DNA from: an uncultured Acidobacteriota bacterium
Lineage (GTDB): Bacteria > Acidobacteriota > Thermoanaerobaculia > Multivoradales > JBCCEF01
Assembly (NCBI GenBank): GCA_963843275.1
Contig: CAWJJM010000012.1
Coordinates: 221,756-285,755 of the forward strand
DNA length: 64,000 bases
Direction: 5' to 3'
The number at the start of each line of letters is the position of its first letter. Positions within the stretch are counted from its first letter, which is position 1. The notes under the pieces were generated by a model. It saw nothing but the letters and a program-made list of their open reading frames with translations. It was not told the DNA's origin and ran no database searches. This document shows positions 20,060-28,694 of the stretch, in pieces. A program made the translations under genes and the position numbers.

Positions 20060-20563
20060 ATGGCGGAACCTTTCCTCAGTGAGATCCGACTGATGGGCTT
20101 CGGCTTCCCACCGAAGGGCTGGGCGCTGTGCGACGGGCAGCTTCTCCCGATCAACCAGAACCAGGCGTTGTTCTCGCTGCTGGGGACGACCTTCGGCGGC
20201 GACGGGCGGGTCAACTTCGCGCTCCCCGACCTGCGCGCCCGGGTCCCGATCCACGTCGGCGGTGGGCACACCCTGGGCGAGCGCGGTGGCGAGCAGGGGC
20301 ACACCCTGAGCCTCGCGGAGATGCCCACCCACACCCACGTGCTCCAGGCGACGTCGAGCGACGGCACCCAGGTGATCGCCGCGGGAGCCCTGCTGGCGCG
20401 CGCGGCGCCTGCCAACCCCTATTCGGCCCCGACGAACCTGGCGGCGATGCAGGCCGCCTCGGTCGCCAACAACGGCGGCAGCCAGGCGCACCTCAACCTG
20501 CAGCCGCTCCTGACCCTCAGCTTCTGCATCGCCCTGCAGGGCATTTTCCCGAGCCCGACCTGA
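20060..20563 (+). CDS. Phage tail-collar domain protein (MdpB/COG4675-like), paralogue 1 of 3
   Basis: MAEPFLSEIRLMGFGFPPKGWALCDGQLLPINQNQALFSLLGTTFGGDGRVNFALPDLRARVP...HTHVL = Collar (PF07484-like) signature; C-terminus ...LNLQPLLTLSFCIALQGIFPSPT; GGAGG RBS. Confidence 0.85.
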   Translation: MAEPFLSEIRLMGFGFPPKGWALCDGQLLPINQNQALFSLLGTTFGGDGRVNFALPDLRARVPIHVGGGHTLGERGGEQGHTLSLAEMPTHTHVLQATSSDGTQVIAAGALLARAAPANPYSAPTNLAAMQAASVANNGGSQAHLNLQPLLTLSFCIALQGIFPSPT

Positions 20564-20572
20564 GGAACGACG

Positions 20573-21073
20573 ATGGCCCAACCCTACGTCGGGGAGATTC
20601 GCATCTTCGGCGGTAACTTCGCGCCCGCGGGGTGGATGTTCTGCGAAGGGCAGCTGTTGCCGATCTCGGAGAACGAGACGTTGTTCCAGCTCATCGGAAC
20701 GACCTACGGCGGAGACGGACAGGACACCTTCGGGCTCCCGGATCTGCGGGGCCGATTGCCGGTCCACCAGGGCAACGGCTTCGTTCTCGCGCAGGCCGAC
20801 GGCGCGGAGGAGGTCACCCTGACCGTGAGCCAGATCCCGTCCCACGCACACCCCCTGCTCGCGGCCAACGCCGTCGGGAACGATCCCAACCCCCAGGGCA
20901 ATCTGCTCGCCGAGAGCTCCGCGGTGTCGATGTACCAGAGCGGTGCGGCGAACGCCGCGATGGCGACGTCGATCGCCGCGGTGGGCGGCAGCCAGCCGCA
21001 CACCAACTTCCAGCCCTATCTCTGCCTGAACTTCATCATCTCTTTGTTCGGCATCTTCCCCAGCCCGACCTAG
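20573..21073 (+). CDS. Phage tail-collar domain protein, paralogue 2 of 3
   Basis: MAQPYVGEIRIFGGNFAPAGWMFCEGQLLPISENETLFQLIGTTYGGDG...LPDLRGRLP...PSHAHPL; C-terminus ...NFQPYLCLNFIISLFGIFPSPT; 9-bp spacer from paralogue 1. Confidence 0.85.
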   Translation: MAQPYVGEIRIFGGNFAPAGWMFCEGQLLPISENETLFQLIGTTYGGDGQDTFGLPDLRGRLPVHQGNGFVLAQADGAEEVTLTVSQIPSHAHPLLAANAVGNDPNPQGNLLAESSAVSMYQSGAANAAMATSIAAVGGSQPHTNFQPYLCLNFIISLFGIFPSPT

Positions 21074-21080
21074 GAGCGAC

Positions 21081-21608
21081 ATGGCCGACCCCTTCGTCGC
21101 CGAGATCCGCATCTTCCCCTTCAACTTCGCACCCAAGGGCTGGGCCTTCTGCGACGGCCAGCTCCTGCCGCTGTCGCAGAACACCGCGCTGTTCTCGCTG
21201 CTCGGGACCACGTACGGTGGCAACGGCAAGTCGAACTTCGCGCTGCCGGATCTTCAGGGCCGGGCGCCGATGCACCCTGGCCAGGGCCCGGGTCTCTCGC
21301 TGCACGACCTCGGCGAGACCGGCGGGTCGGAGACGGTGACCCTTCTCGAGTCCGAGACGCCCGCTCACGGGCACACGCTGCAGTCCAACGGCGCGCCCGC
21401 GAACCGGACCACTCCGGTGGGCAACTCCATCGCCCGGGTCTCCGGTGCGACGCCCTACTCCGACGGCGCCGCGAACCCGCCGAGGGTGCCGATGTCCGAC
21501 CAGGCCCTCGCCCCCGCGGGCGGCGACCAGCCGCACAACAACATGATGCCCTTCCTGACCCTCAACTTCTGTATCGCCCTGCAGGGCGTCTTTCCGCCGC
21601 GCACCTGA
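21081..21608 (+). CDS. Phage tail-collar domain protein, paralogue 3 of 3
   Basis: MADPFVAEIRIFPFNFAPKGWAFCDGQLLPLSQNTALFSLLGTTYGGNGKSNFALPDLQGRAP...PAHGHTL; C-terminus ...NMMPFLTLNFCIALQGVFPPRT; 7-bp spacer from paralogue 2. Confidence 0.85.
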   Translation: MADPFVAEIRIFPFNFAPKGWAFCDGQLLPLSQNTALFSLLGTTYGGNGKSNFALPDLQGRAPMHPGQGPGLSLHDLGETGGSETVTLLESETPAHGHTLQSNGAPANRTTPVGNSIARVSGATPYSDGAANPPRVPMSDQALAPAGGDQPHNNMMPFLTLNFCIALQGVFPPRT

Positions 21609-21618
21609 GGAGCGCCCG

Positions 21619-22478
21619 ATGAGCCGACGCTGGTCGTTCCGGGAGGCGGAGGAAGGGTGGTCGCGGCGCCGTTTCCTCCGGGTCGGCGCGGCGGCCGCCG
21701 CCGCGGGATGGTGGGCCCGCTTCGACCTCGGGCAGCCGCCGCCGGCGGCCGCCGAGCCGCCGGTCTCGGTGGGCTACGTGGTCGGCAGCGAGGAGCTTCC
21801 CGACGTCGCCCGGCCGCCGTGGTGGGCGGCGTTCCGCGCCGCCTCGGAGGCCCGCGCCGCGCGGCGGCCGGTGGCGGAGTCTTCCGGCGCCGCGCCGGTC
21901 GACGTGGTACCGGCGGCCTACCTGCCGGGGGACCCGCGGTTGGCCACCGTGCCGGTGCGGATCGCCGTGCTGGGACTGTACCCGGGCCTCGGCGACCTGC
22001 CCGGGGTGACCTACGACCTGCTGCTCACCGCCCACTTCCTCACCGGGGACCCGGCGGCCCCCGACCTGCCGTTCCACTGTTGGGGCTGGCGCGACGATCC
22101 GGCGCCGACCTCGGGGTCCCCGCTGCGCTTCACGGTGCCGGTGGAGCGCGAGACCGGGTTGCGCCTCACCCTCGACGCCCACCAGCTGGTCGCCCCGCGT
22201 TCCCCGGACCGGGCCCGGCTGTCCGGGCGGGGCGGCGCGGCGGGCGGCGGAGGGGCCGCCGTGCGCGGCGCCGCCCCGACCGCCGAGCGCTTCGTCTCCC
22301 GCCGCGACGTCCGCCTGTCGCTGGGCCTCGAGTCCGGGGCGCCGAGGCTGCAGCGCGGCGTCTACCTGCTGGCGCTCGAGCCGGGCACCTGGGACTCCCC
22401 GCGCCAGCTCCCCCCGGCGCGCTGCCCTGGGAGACCGCGTCGTCGGTGGTGCTGGCGGTGGAGGCGGCGGAGGGCTGA
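21619..22478 (+). CDS. Tat-signal secreted hypothetical protein (frameshift at C-run ~22420)
   Basis: [33 protein letters not shown] = twin-arginine signal; 10 bp after collar paralogue 3; frame 1 to ~22420 then frame 0 ...ALPWETASSVVLAVEAAEG* (stop 22478); longer ORF to 23265 is read-through/antisense. Confidence 0.55.
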
Positions 22479-22510
22479 GCCGCCGGCCCGGGGGAGCGTC
22501 GCGCCGTCCC

Positions 22511-22640
22511 CTACCAGCCGCCTCCTCCGCCGCCGCCGGACGACCCGCCGCCCCCGCCGCCGCCGCCGCCGGACGAGCCGCCGGAGGAGCTCGAGGCGGC
22601 GGAGACGCCCGCCGCCATGCCGCCGATCGCCGCGGTCCAC
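22511..22640 (-). repeat. GC-rich simple-sequence tract (ccgccgccg / ggacga... repeats) encoding the Gly/Ser tail of the DUF2207 protein
   Basis: ccagccgcctcctccgccgccgccggacgacccgccgcccccgccgccgccgccgccggacgagccgccggaggagc... read directly. Confidence 0.7.
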
Positions 22641-24505
22641 GATCCCGAGGCTCCGCCGCCGCCGAACGCCCCGCCGCCGCCGGTCCAGCCGCTGCTCCCG
22701 GAGGTCAGCGCCCCGCCGCCGGTCGTGGCCTCGGCCAGGCCGCCGCCGGCCGCCGCGACGCCCCAGCGGCGCGACCAGCGCGCCACCCTGCCGCCGAGGC
22801 CGAAGGCGAGCAGATAGGGAAGCCAGGCGTCGTCGAGCGCGGGGCGCTCGCGCCCGAGCTCGGCGCGCAGCCAACGGCGCGCCAGGTGGAGGCGACCGCG
22901 CAGGCGCAGCATCTCCGCCGTCTCGCGGCTCGCGGCGTGGTGCAGGAAGCTCGACAGGACGACCAGCGGCGCGAGCAGGCAGGCCGCGATCCCGAACGGT
23001 CCGAGGTGCGGATAGCCGTCCCCCGGCCACCAGTGGTCGTGCCCGGCGACGGCGACCGCGGCGGCGGCCAGCGCCGCCCAGGGCAGGAGGAAGCCGAGCG
23101 CCGCCGGCCCGAGGTGGCGCATCCGGTGACGCCAGCGGGCCGCGCTCCCGGCGCCGAGCAGGAGGCTCAGCAGGAATCCGGCGACGAGGAGCAGGGCGAG
23201 GACGATCGCCTGGCCGGCGCCCCGCGTGGCCCCCTCGCCGACCAGGCAGGCCAGACAGGCCGTGAAGAGGAGCAACGTCCGCCGCGCCCGTGGCTTCGCG
23301 GTCTCGGCGGCGAGCCCGCGGCGGCCCCCGAGGCGCTTCTCGATGCCCTTGCGGACGATGTCGACCGGGGAGAAGCCGCGGGAGCGGTAGTGGCGGCGGA
23401 CGGCGGCGGTGTCGGTCACCCGCCGGTCACCGAAGAAGAGCTTGTCGATCAGGGTGCGCTCGTAGCCGGTGAGCTCGCCCCGCGGCACCTCGAGCTCGAG
23501 CTCGAGCTCGGGGGAGCCGAACCACCAGCGCGGCGGCTTGACGGTGCTCGCCAGCTTGCCCTCGGCGACCAGCCGGGCGAGCAGCGCCGCCACCTCGGCG
23601 GAGCCGACCTCGCGGTCCCACAGGGCCCCGAGCTGCTCGGCCGGCAGCGCCAGCACGGTGCTCTCGATCCAGGCGCGGTCGGGGTGGGAGGGCAGCTCGG
23701 GGTCGCGGCGGAAGCGGCCGAGCGCCGCCTCGCGGCGGACGAAATCGGCGGCCAGCAGCGCGGCGGCGGCTGCGGCGGCGGCGAGCAGCGCGAAGAGCAC
23801 GCTGCGGCGGACGGCGCGCAGGGTGGCGCCGGGAACGCCGTCGCCGACGTGGTCGAGGTCGACGGTCACCACCTCGGTGGCGCCGGGGGGCAGCGGGCCG
23901 CCCTCGCGGTGCAGGTGGCCCGCGCCGTCGAACAGTGGATTGCGCGGCGGCGGTCGCCAGGCGGGATCGAGGTCGAGGTCGAGGACGAAGCGCTCGATGG
24001 CGCCGTCGCGGTCGGGGAAGGCGAAGTCGTGGTCGAGGCGGTAGAGACCCGGCCGCCCCGCGTGCTGGGTGAGCACCCCGGTGAGCCGGTAGGCCAGCAG
24101 GTAGGTGATCTCGGTCCCGTCGAAGGGCGGGTCGTCGGGCGCCCGGCTGCGCCAGCGCAGGGTGGTCGAATCGCTCCAGTCGTAGTGGTCGACGCTGTCG
24201 AGATCGCCCGCCACCAGCGGCAGCTCGGCGCCCGTCGCCGCGTCGAGGCGCGCCACCCGGTCGAGCGCGAGATGCTGGCCCATGGCGACGCGGAAGCGGC
24301 GCTCGCCGCCGTTCCAGTCGCCGGTGAACACGATCGCCTGGCGCTCCTCCACGTGCAGAGCGCCGTCGGCGTCGAGGCGGGCGTGCACCGCGAGCTCGCG
24401 CCAGTGGAGCTCCCGCTCCTGGGCGGCGGACGGCGGGGCGAGGGCGAGCGCCGCGAGCGCCAGGAGCCCGGCACCGCCGAGGAACCGGTTCGGCTTCGTT
24501 GCCAT
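22511..24505 (-). CDS. DUF2207-family membrane protein with N-terminal signal peptide and Gly/Ser-rich C-terminal tail ending in Trp
   Basis: Start MATKPNRFLGGAGLLALAALALAPPSAAQ; extracellular domain; several TM helices (LLLFTACLACLVGEG..., IVLALLLVAGFLLSLLLGAG...); tail ...GGGGASGSWTAAIGG...SSGGGGGGGGGSSGGGGGGGW typical of DUF2207. Confidence 0.7.
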   Translation of the reverse strand: MATKPNRFLGGAGLLALAALALAPPSAAQERELHWRELAVHARLDADGALHVEERQAIVFTGDWNGGERRFRVAMGQHLALDRVARLDAATGAELPLVAGDLDSVDHYDWSDSTTLRWRSRAPDDPPFDGTEITYLLAYRLTGVLTQHAGRPGLYRLDHDFAFPDRDGAIERFVLDLDLDPAWRPPPRNPLFDGAGHLHREGGPLPPGATEVVTVDLDHVGDGVPGATLRAVRRSVLFALLAAAAAAAALLAADFVRREAALGRFRRDPELPSHPDRAWIESTVLALPAEQLGALWDREVGSAEVAALLARLVAEGKLASTVKPPRWWFGSPELELELEVPRGELTGYERTLIDKLFFGDRRVTDTAAVRRHYRSRGFSPVDIVRKGIEKRLGGRRGLAAETAKPRARRTLLLFTACLACLVGEGATRGAGQAIVLALLLVAGFLLSLLLGAGSAARWRHRMRHLGPAALGFLLPWAALAAAAVAVAGHDHWWPGDGYPHLGPFGIAACLLAPLVVLSSFLHHAASRETAEMLRLRGRLHLARRWLRAELGRERPALDDAWLPYLLAFGLGGRVARWSRRWGVAAAGGGLAEATTGGGALTSGSSGWTGGGGAFGGGGASGSWTAAIGGMAAGVSAASSSSGGSSGGGGGGGGGSSGGGGGGGW

Positions 24506-24605
24506 CGATCTCCTTCCGCGTCGGGGAGGGGAGACTCTACACCCTGCGGCCGTCTGCGATCGGACGGCGCGCCGGGGGGCGCCGACCGCGTCGGCGGGGA
24601 GCTCC

Positions 24606-24899
24606 CTAGGTGAAGACCGCCTCGTAGGTCGTGCCGTCGTCGTCGCGGGCGACCGGGACCAGGAAGAGGTCCAGGACCCCCATCTCGGTGTTCTCCAGGC
24701 GGTAGATCCGCTGCGGGAGCAGCGGCTCGCGCGGGCCGTGGAAGTGGAGCGAGAACTGCTCGCGCGCCGCGCGGCCCTGCAGCCCGGTGCTGCGGACGTC
24801 CGCCAGCTCGAGGTCGATCTCACCCGACGCCGCGCCGGCGAGGCGGAAGGCCTCGCCCCGCCGCGGCAGGAACGAGTCCTTGGTCAGCTTGTCCAGCAT
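24606..24899 (-). CDS. Hypothetical protein (97 aa)
   Basis: MLDKLTKDSFLPRRGEAFRLAGAASGEIDLELADVRSTGLQGRAAREQFSLHFHGPREPLLPQRIYRLENTEMGVLDLFLVPVARDDDGTTYEAVFT; GC3-rich codon usage; no recognisable domain. Confidence 0.4.
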   Translation of the reverse strand: MLDKLTKDSFLPRRGEAFRLAGAASGEIDLELADVRSTGLQGRAAREQFSLHFHGPREPLLPQRIYRLENTEMGVLDLFLVPVARDDDGTTYEAVFT

Positions 24900-24947
24900 C
24901 GGTCCCCCCGGTAGAGTCCCCGGAGTATATAGAGCAGGGAGGTAGGG

Positions 24948-25530
24948 ATGTCGAAACGTCGAGCAGCCCCCGGCCGCCACCGGACCGGTCACCGCGTCCC
25001 CGGCCGGCCTGCGCCTGCGCCCCGCGGTGGACGACGACCTGCCGTTCCTGGCGGAGCTCTACGCCTCCACCCGGCGGGCCGAGGTCGACCCCCTGCCCTG
25101 GACCGCGGAGGAGAAGGAGGGCTTCCTGCGCTGGCAGTTCGAGAGCCAGCACCGCCACTACCTGGAGTACTACCCGGGGTGCGAGCGGCTGGTGGTCGAG
25201 CGGCCCATCGGGGGGGCGACGAGCGCCGCGACGGCGCCGGTCGGCCGCCTCTACGTCGACCGCTGGCCGGACCAGATCCGGCTGGTCGACATCGCGCTGC
25301 TGCCCGAGCACCGCGGCCGGGGGCTCGGCTCCGCCCTGCTGGAGACGATCCTCGCCGAGGGCCGGCGGCGGTCGCTGCCGGTCACCATCCACGTGGAGGC
25401 GAACAACCCCGCGCTGCGCCTCTACCGCCGCCTCGGCTTCCGCCACGTCGACGACAACGGCGTCTATCAGCTCCTCGAGTGGCGGCCGGAGGGGGCGCCG
25501 CCGGCGGCGGCGGCCGCCGCGTCCCCCTGA
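24948..25530 (+). CDS. GNAT family N-acetyltransferase (frameshift at A-run ~24955)
   Basis: ATG 24948 then shift: M S (K/N) V E Q P P A A T G P V T A S P A G L R L R P A V D D D L P F L A E L Y... ; acetyl-CoA-binding motif ...LLPEHRGRGLGSALLETIL... Confidence 0.75.
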
Positions 25531-26888
25531 GGTGCCGGTCCGGCGGGGAGCAGGCGACCGCAGGGGGCGATGGCGAGGGCGGGGGAGGAGACGGCGCCCC
25601 AGGGCGCGCCGCCGGCCGCGAAGACGACCGGGGCCTCACCCACCGCGACGAGGTGGCTGAAGACCTCCCGCAGGTCGGCCTCCCACAGCAGGTCGCCCAC
25701 CGGCGCGCCCGGGCCGTCGGCGGCGAGCCGCCGGACGTTGCGGGCGATCCCGCGGAAGCGCCCCGGCACCAGGTCGTGGGGGTGCAGGCCACGGAGCTCG
25801 CCGATCCACAGCCCGCCCGCCACCGCCTCGGCGAGAGCCTCGTCGGAGGCGCCGCCGGGGGCGACGAACAGGTGGGCGGCCCGCGTCTCGTCGCCCCCGA
25901 CGTCGTGCGGTGTCGCCGCCAGGCCGAGCGACGCGGCCAGCGCCGCGTCCACCGCGGGGGTCAGCAGGCGGCCCGCCCGCACCATCTCGACCCGCCGCTT
26001 CGCATGGCCCGAGAGGTCGAAGGGCAGCGGCAGGCCGGCGGCGTCGCCGCCGTCGTCGACGAGCCCGAAGAGCGGCGAGAAGACGTCGCGCCCCACGGCG
26101 CCGGCGAGGTACGAGGAGCCGTCGGCGAAGGGGCGGGCGGCGAGCGCCGTGCGGTTGAGCAGCGCCACGAGCGCCGCCGCCGCCTCCGGCGACAGCAGCA
26201 GGGCGGCCGTCGCCGGCGGGGCGGCCGCCGGGCTGCCGTCCGCGGCGCGGGCCCGGGCGCGCTCGAGGACACGGGGGGCCGCGAGCGCCGCCAGGCTGCG
26301 CGCCGAGGCGGCGGCCCACCCGGCGCCGGGCCCGTCGCCGTGGCGGGCGGCGAGGGTGAGGGCGGTGGCCTCGGTCGACGCCACCAGTCCCTGGCTGTTG
26401 GCCACCACCAGGCGCAGCGCGCTCCAGTCGAGGCCGAGGCGCTCGCCGGCGCCCTCGCCGGCGGCGAGAAGCTCCCTCGCGCTCCCGGGAGTGAGCTCGG
26501 CGACGGCGGCGTCGTGCAGCGGCACCTCGGGCGCGCGCGCCGCCTCCTCCGGCCCCGGCAGGTCGAGCGACGCTCCCGGGGCGGCGAGGCGCGACTGGCC
26601 GAGGGCGAGGCGCACGGCGCTGGCGAGGGCGGCGGGATCGCCGGCCTCGCCGCGGTGGAACCCGAGGCGGCCGGCCGCCTCGACCCGCACCTGCACCAGG
26701 CGTCGCCAGCGCGGCGGCGGGTCGTCGGGCTCCGCGGTGGCGGCGCGCCCCCGGAGAACCTCCAGCCACACCGCCTCGGTGGCGTCGGCGACCGATCCCG
26801 CCACGGCGTCGCGCAGGCGGGAGACCACCTCGGTCAACGGCGGGGCCGTGGCGGGGGGGGCGAGGGACTGGGCTCGGACCGGAGGCAT
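25467..26888 (-). CDS. TldD/PmbA-like (peptidase U62 family) protein, divergent
   Basis: 473-aa ORF starting MPPVRAQSLAPP; C-terminal region GGLWIGELRGLHPHDLVPGRFRGIARNVRRLAADG...VGDLLWEADLREVF...GGAPWGAV resembles TldD/PmbA core (GL..EL.G.H....G.F.G.A.N); size fits the family. Confidence 0.5.
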   Translation of the reverse strand: MPPVRAQSLAPPATAPPLTEVVSRLRDAVAGSVADATEAVWLEVLRGRAATAEPDDPPPRWRRLVQVRVEAAGRLGFHRGEAGDPAALASAVRLALGQSRLAAPGASLDLPGPEEAARAPEVPLHDAAVAELTPGSARELLAAGEGAGERLGLDWSALRLVVANSQGLVASTEATALTLAARHGDGPGAGWAAASARSLAALAAPRVLERARARAADGSPAAAPPATAALLLSPEAAAALVALLNRTALAARPFADGSSYLAGAVGRDVFSPLFGLVDDGGDAAGLPLPFDLSGHAKRRVEMVRAGRLLTPAVDAALAASLGLAATPHDVGGDETRAAHLFVAPGGASDEALAEAVAGGLWIGELRGLHPHDLVPGRFRGIARNVRRLAADGPGAPVGDLLWEADLREVFSHLVAVGEAPVVFAAGGAPWGAVSSPALAIAPCGRLLPAGPAPQGDAAAAAAGGAPSGRHSRS

Positions 26889-26990
26889 GCCGGGGGAGGG
26901 CGGGCAGCCGCAGTCTACCGTGGCTTGTCCTTTGCAGCCTCCGGCTGCGAGAATGGGCGCTCTTCGAACGCCTGGACTCGAGAGAGCGCG

Positions 26991-28694
26991 ATGCTTTTGC
27001 GGAGCCTGCGAACCCTTGTGATGCTGGCCGCGATGCTGGGGGTCTCCGGAGCGACCTTTGCGGAGGACGCCGCCGACCTCCTGCTGACGCACGGCGTCTT
27101 CTACCCCGTGGTGCCGCCGGGGTCGGTGCAGGGCAGCCTGGCGGTCCGGGGCGGGCGCATCGTCTACCTCGGACCCGACGCGGGAGCCGCGGCCTACCGC
27201 GGCCCGGCGACCGAGGTGATCGACCTGCGCGGGCGCGCCGTCACGCCGGGGCTGATCGACGCCCACTCCCACCTGACCGGCCTCGGCCAGGCGCTCGCCC
27301 AGGTCGACCTGGTGGGGACCGGCAGCTATGCCGAGGTGGTGTCGCGGGTCGCCGCCGCGGCGGCCGACGCCCCCGCCGGCGCCTGGGTCCGCGGCCGCGG
27401 CTGGGACCAGAACGACTGGGCCGACGAGGCCTTCCCGACCCACGGGGCGTTGAGCCGGGCGGTGCGCGACCACCCGGTGTGGCTCACCCGCATCGACGGG
27501 CACGCGGCGCTGCTCAACGCGGCCGCCATGGAAGCGCTGGGGATCGGGCCGGACACCCCCGACCCGCCCGGCGGCCGCCTGCTGCGCGACGCGGCCGGGC
27601 GGCCCACCGGCGTGCTGGTCGACAACGCGATGGACGTCGCCGTCGGCCGCATTCCCGAGCCCACCCTGGCCGAGCGCGAGAAGGCCCTGCGCCGCGCCGC
27701 CGAGCACTGCCTGGCGCGCGGCCTGACGACGGTGACCGACATGGGGGTGGGCGCCGACGACCTGGCCGCCTACCAGGCGCTGCGCGCGGCGGGGGAGCTG
27801 CCGCTGCGGGCGGCGGTGTTCCTCGCCGACGACGCCGACCTGCTGGCGGATTGGCTGCCGCGCGGGCCGCGCCTCGATCCCGAGGGCCGGCTCACCATCC
27901 GCGGCGTCAAGCTGTACGCCGACGGCGCCCTGGGCAGCCGCGGCGCGGCCCTCCTCGAGCCCTACGACGACGACCCGGGCAACCTCGGGCTGCTCGTGTC
28001 GAGCGGCGACCACCTGCGCGACGTCGCCACGCGGTCGCTGGCGGCGGGCTTCCAGGTCGGCATCCACGCCATCGGCGACCGCGGCAACCTGGTGGCGCTC
28101 GACGCCCTCGAGGCGGCGCTGGCGACCCTGCCGGAGGGCGCCGCGGACCCGCGGGTGCGGATCGAGCACGCCCAGGTCATGCGGCCGCAGGACATCGTGC
28201 GCATGGCGCGGCTCGGGGTGATCGCCTCGATGCAGCCCACCCACGCCACCTCGGACATGCCGTGGGCCGCCGACCGGGTGGGGGCGCTGCGGCTCGCCGG
28301 CGCCTACGCCTGGCGGAAGGTCCTCGACGCCGGCGGGCGGCTGGCGCTGGGCAGCGACTTCCCGGTCGAGCGGGTCGATCCGCTGCTCGGCATCTACGCC
28401 GCGGTGACCCGCCAGGACCTCGACGGACGGCCGCCGGGCGGCTGGCTTCCCGACCAGCGGCTGAGTCGCGCCGAGGCGCTGCGCGGCTTCACCCTCGACG
28501 CCGCCTGGTCGCTGTTCCTCGACCCGCTGGTGGGCTCGCTCGAGCCGGGCAAGCGCGCCGACCTGGTGGTGTTCGACCGCGATCCGATGCAGGTGCCGGC
28601 GATCGAGATCCCGCGGGTGGCGGTGGACCTGACCGTGGTCGACGGCCGCGTCGCCTACCGGCGGGCGCAGCCGGCGGCGGAGGGGGCGCGATGA
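26991..28694 (+). CDS. Secreted amidohydrolase (Amidohydro_3 / YtcJ-like metal-dependent hydrolase)
   Basis: MLLRSLRTLVMLAAMLGVSGATFA signal; ...VTPGLIDAHSHL...WLTRIDGHAALLN...VGIHAIGDRGN...LALGSDFPVE...; 568 aa intact. Confidence 0.85.
   Translation: MLLRSLRTLVMLAAMLGVSGATFAEDAADLLLTHGVFYPVVPPGSVQGSLAVRGGRIVYLGPDAGAAAYRGPATEVIDLRGRAVTPGLIDAHSHLTGLGQALAQVDLVGTGSYAEVVSRVAAAAADAPAGAWVRGRGWDQNDWADEAFPTHGALSRAVRDHPVWLTRIDGHAALLNAAAMEALGIGPDTPDPPGGRLLRDAAGRPTGVLVDNAMDVAVGRIPEPTLAEREKALRRAAEHCLARGLTTVTDMGVGADDLAAYQALRAAGELPLRAAVFLADDADLLADWLPRGPRLDPEGRLTIRGVKLYADGALGSRGAALLEPYDDDPGNLGLLVSSGDHLRDVATRSLAAGFQVGIHAIGDRGNLVALDALEAALATLPEGAADPRVRIEHAQVMRPQDIVRMARLGVIASMQPTHATSDMPWAADRVGALRLAGAYAWRKVLDAGGRLALGSDFPVERVDPLLGIYAAVTRQDLDGRPPGGWLPDQRLSRAEALRGFTLDAAWSLFLDPLVGSLEPGKRADLVVFDRDPMQVPAIEIPRVAVDLTVVDGRVAYRRAQPAAEGAR

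Noticed and set aside
21619-23265. 548-aa + strand ORF extending far beyond 22478
   Set aside because: Only the first ~285 codons look protein-like (Tat signal etc.). Beyond the C6 run at ~22420 the frame becomes Arg/Pro low-complexity and runs antisense through the DUF2207 gene; the frame-0 tail ending at 22478 is the plausible C-terminus.
22886-24613. 575-aa + strand ORF
   Set aside because: Antisense to the DUF2207 gene.
24948-28694. 1248-aa + strand ORF and 25467-28877 (1136 aa) minus ORF
   Set aside because: Both are composite: real genes (GNAT, amidohydrolase on +; TldD-like on -) joined to long antisense read-throughs. They were split at the points where recognisable protein sequence starts and stops.
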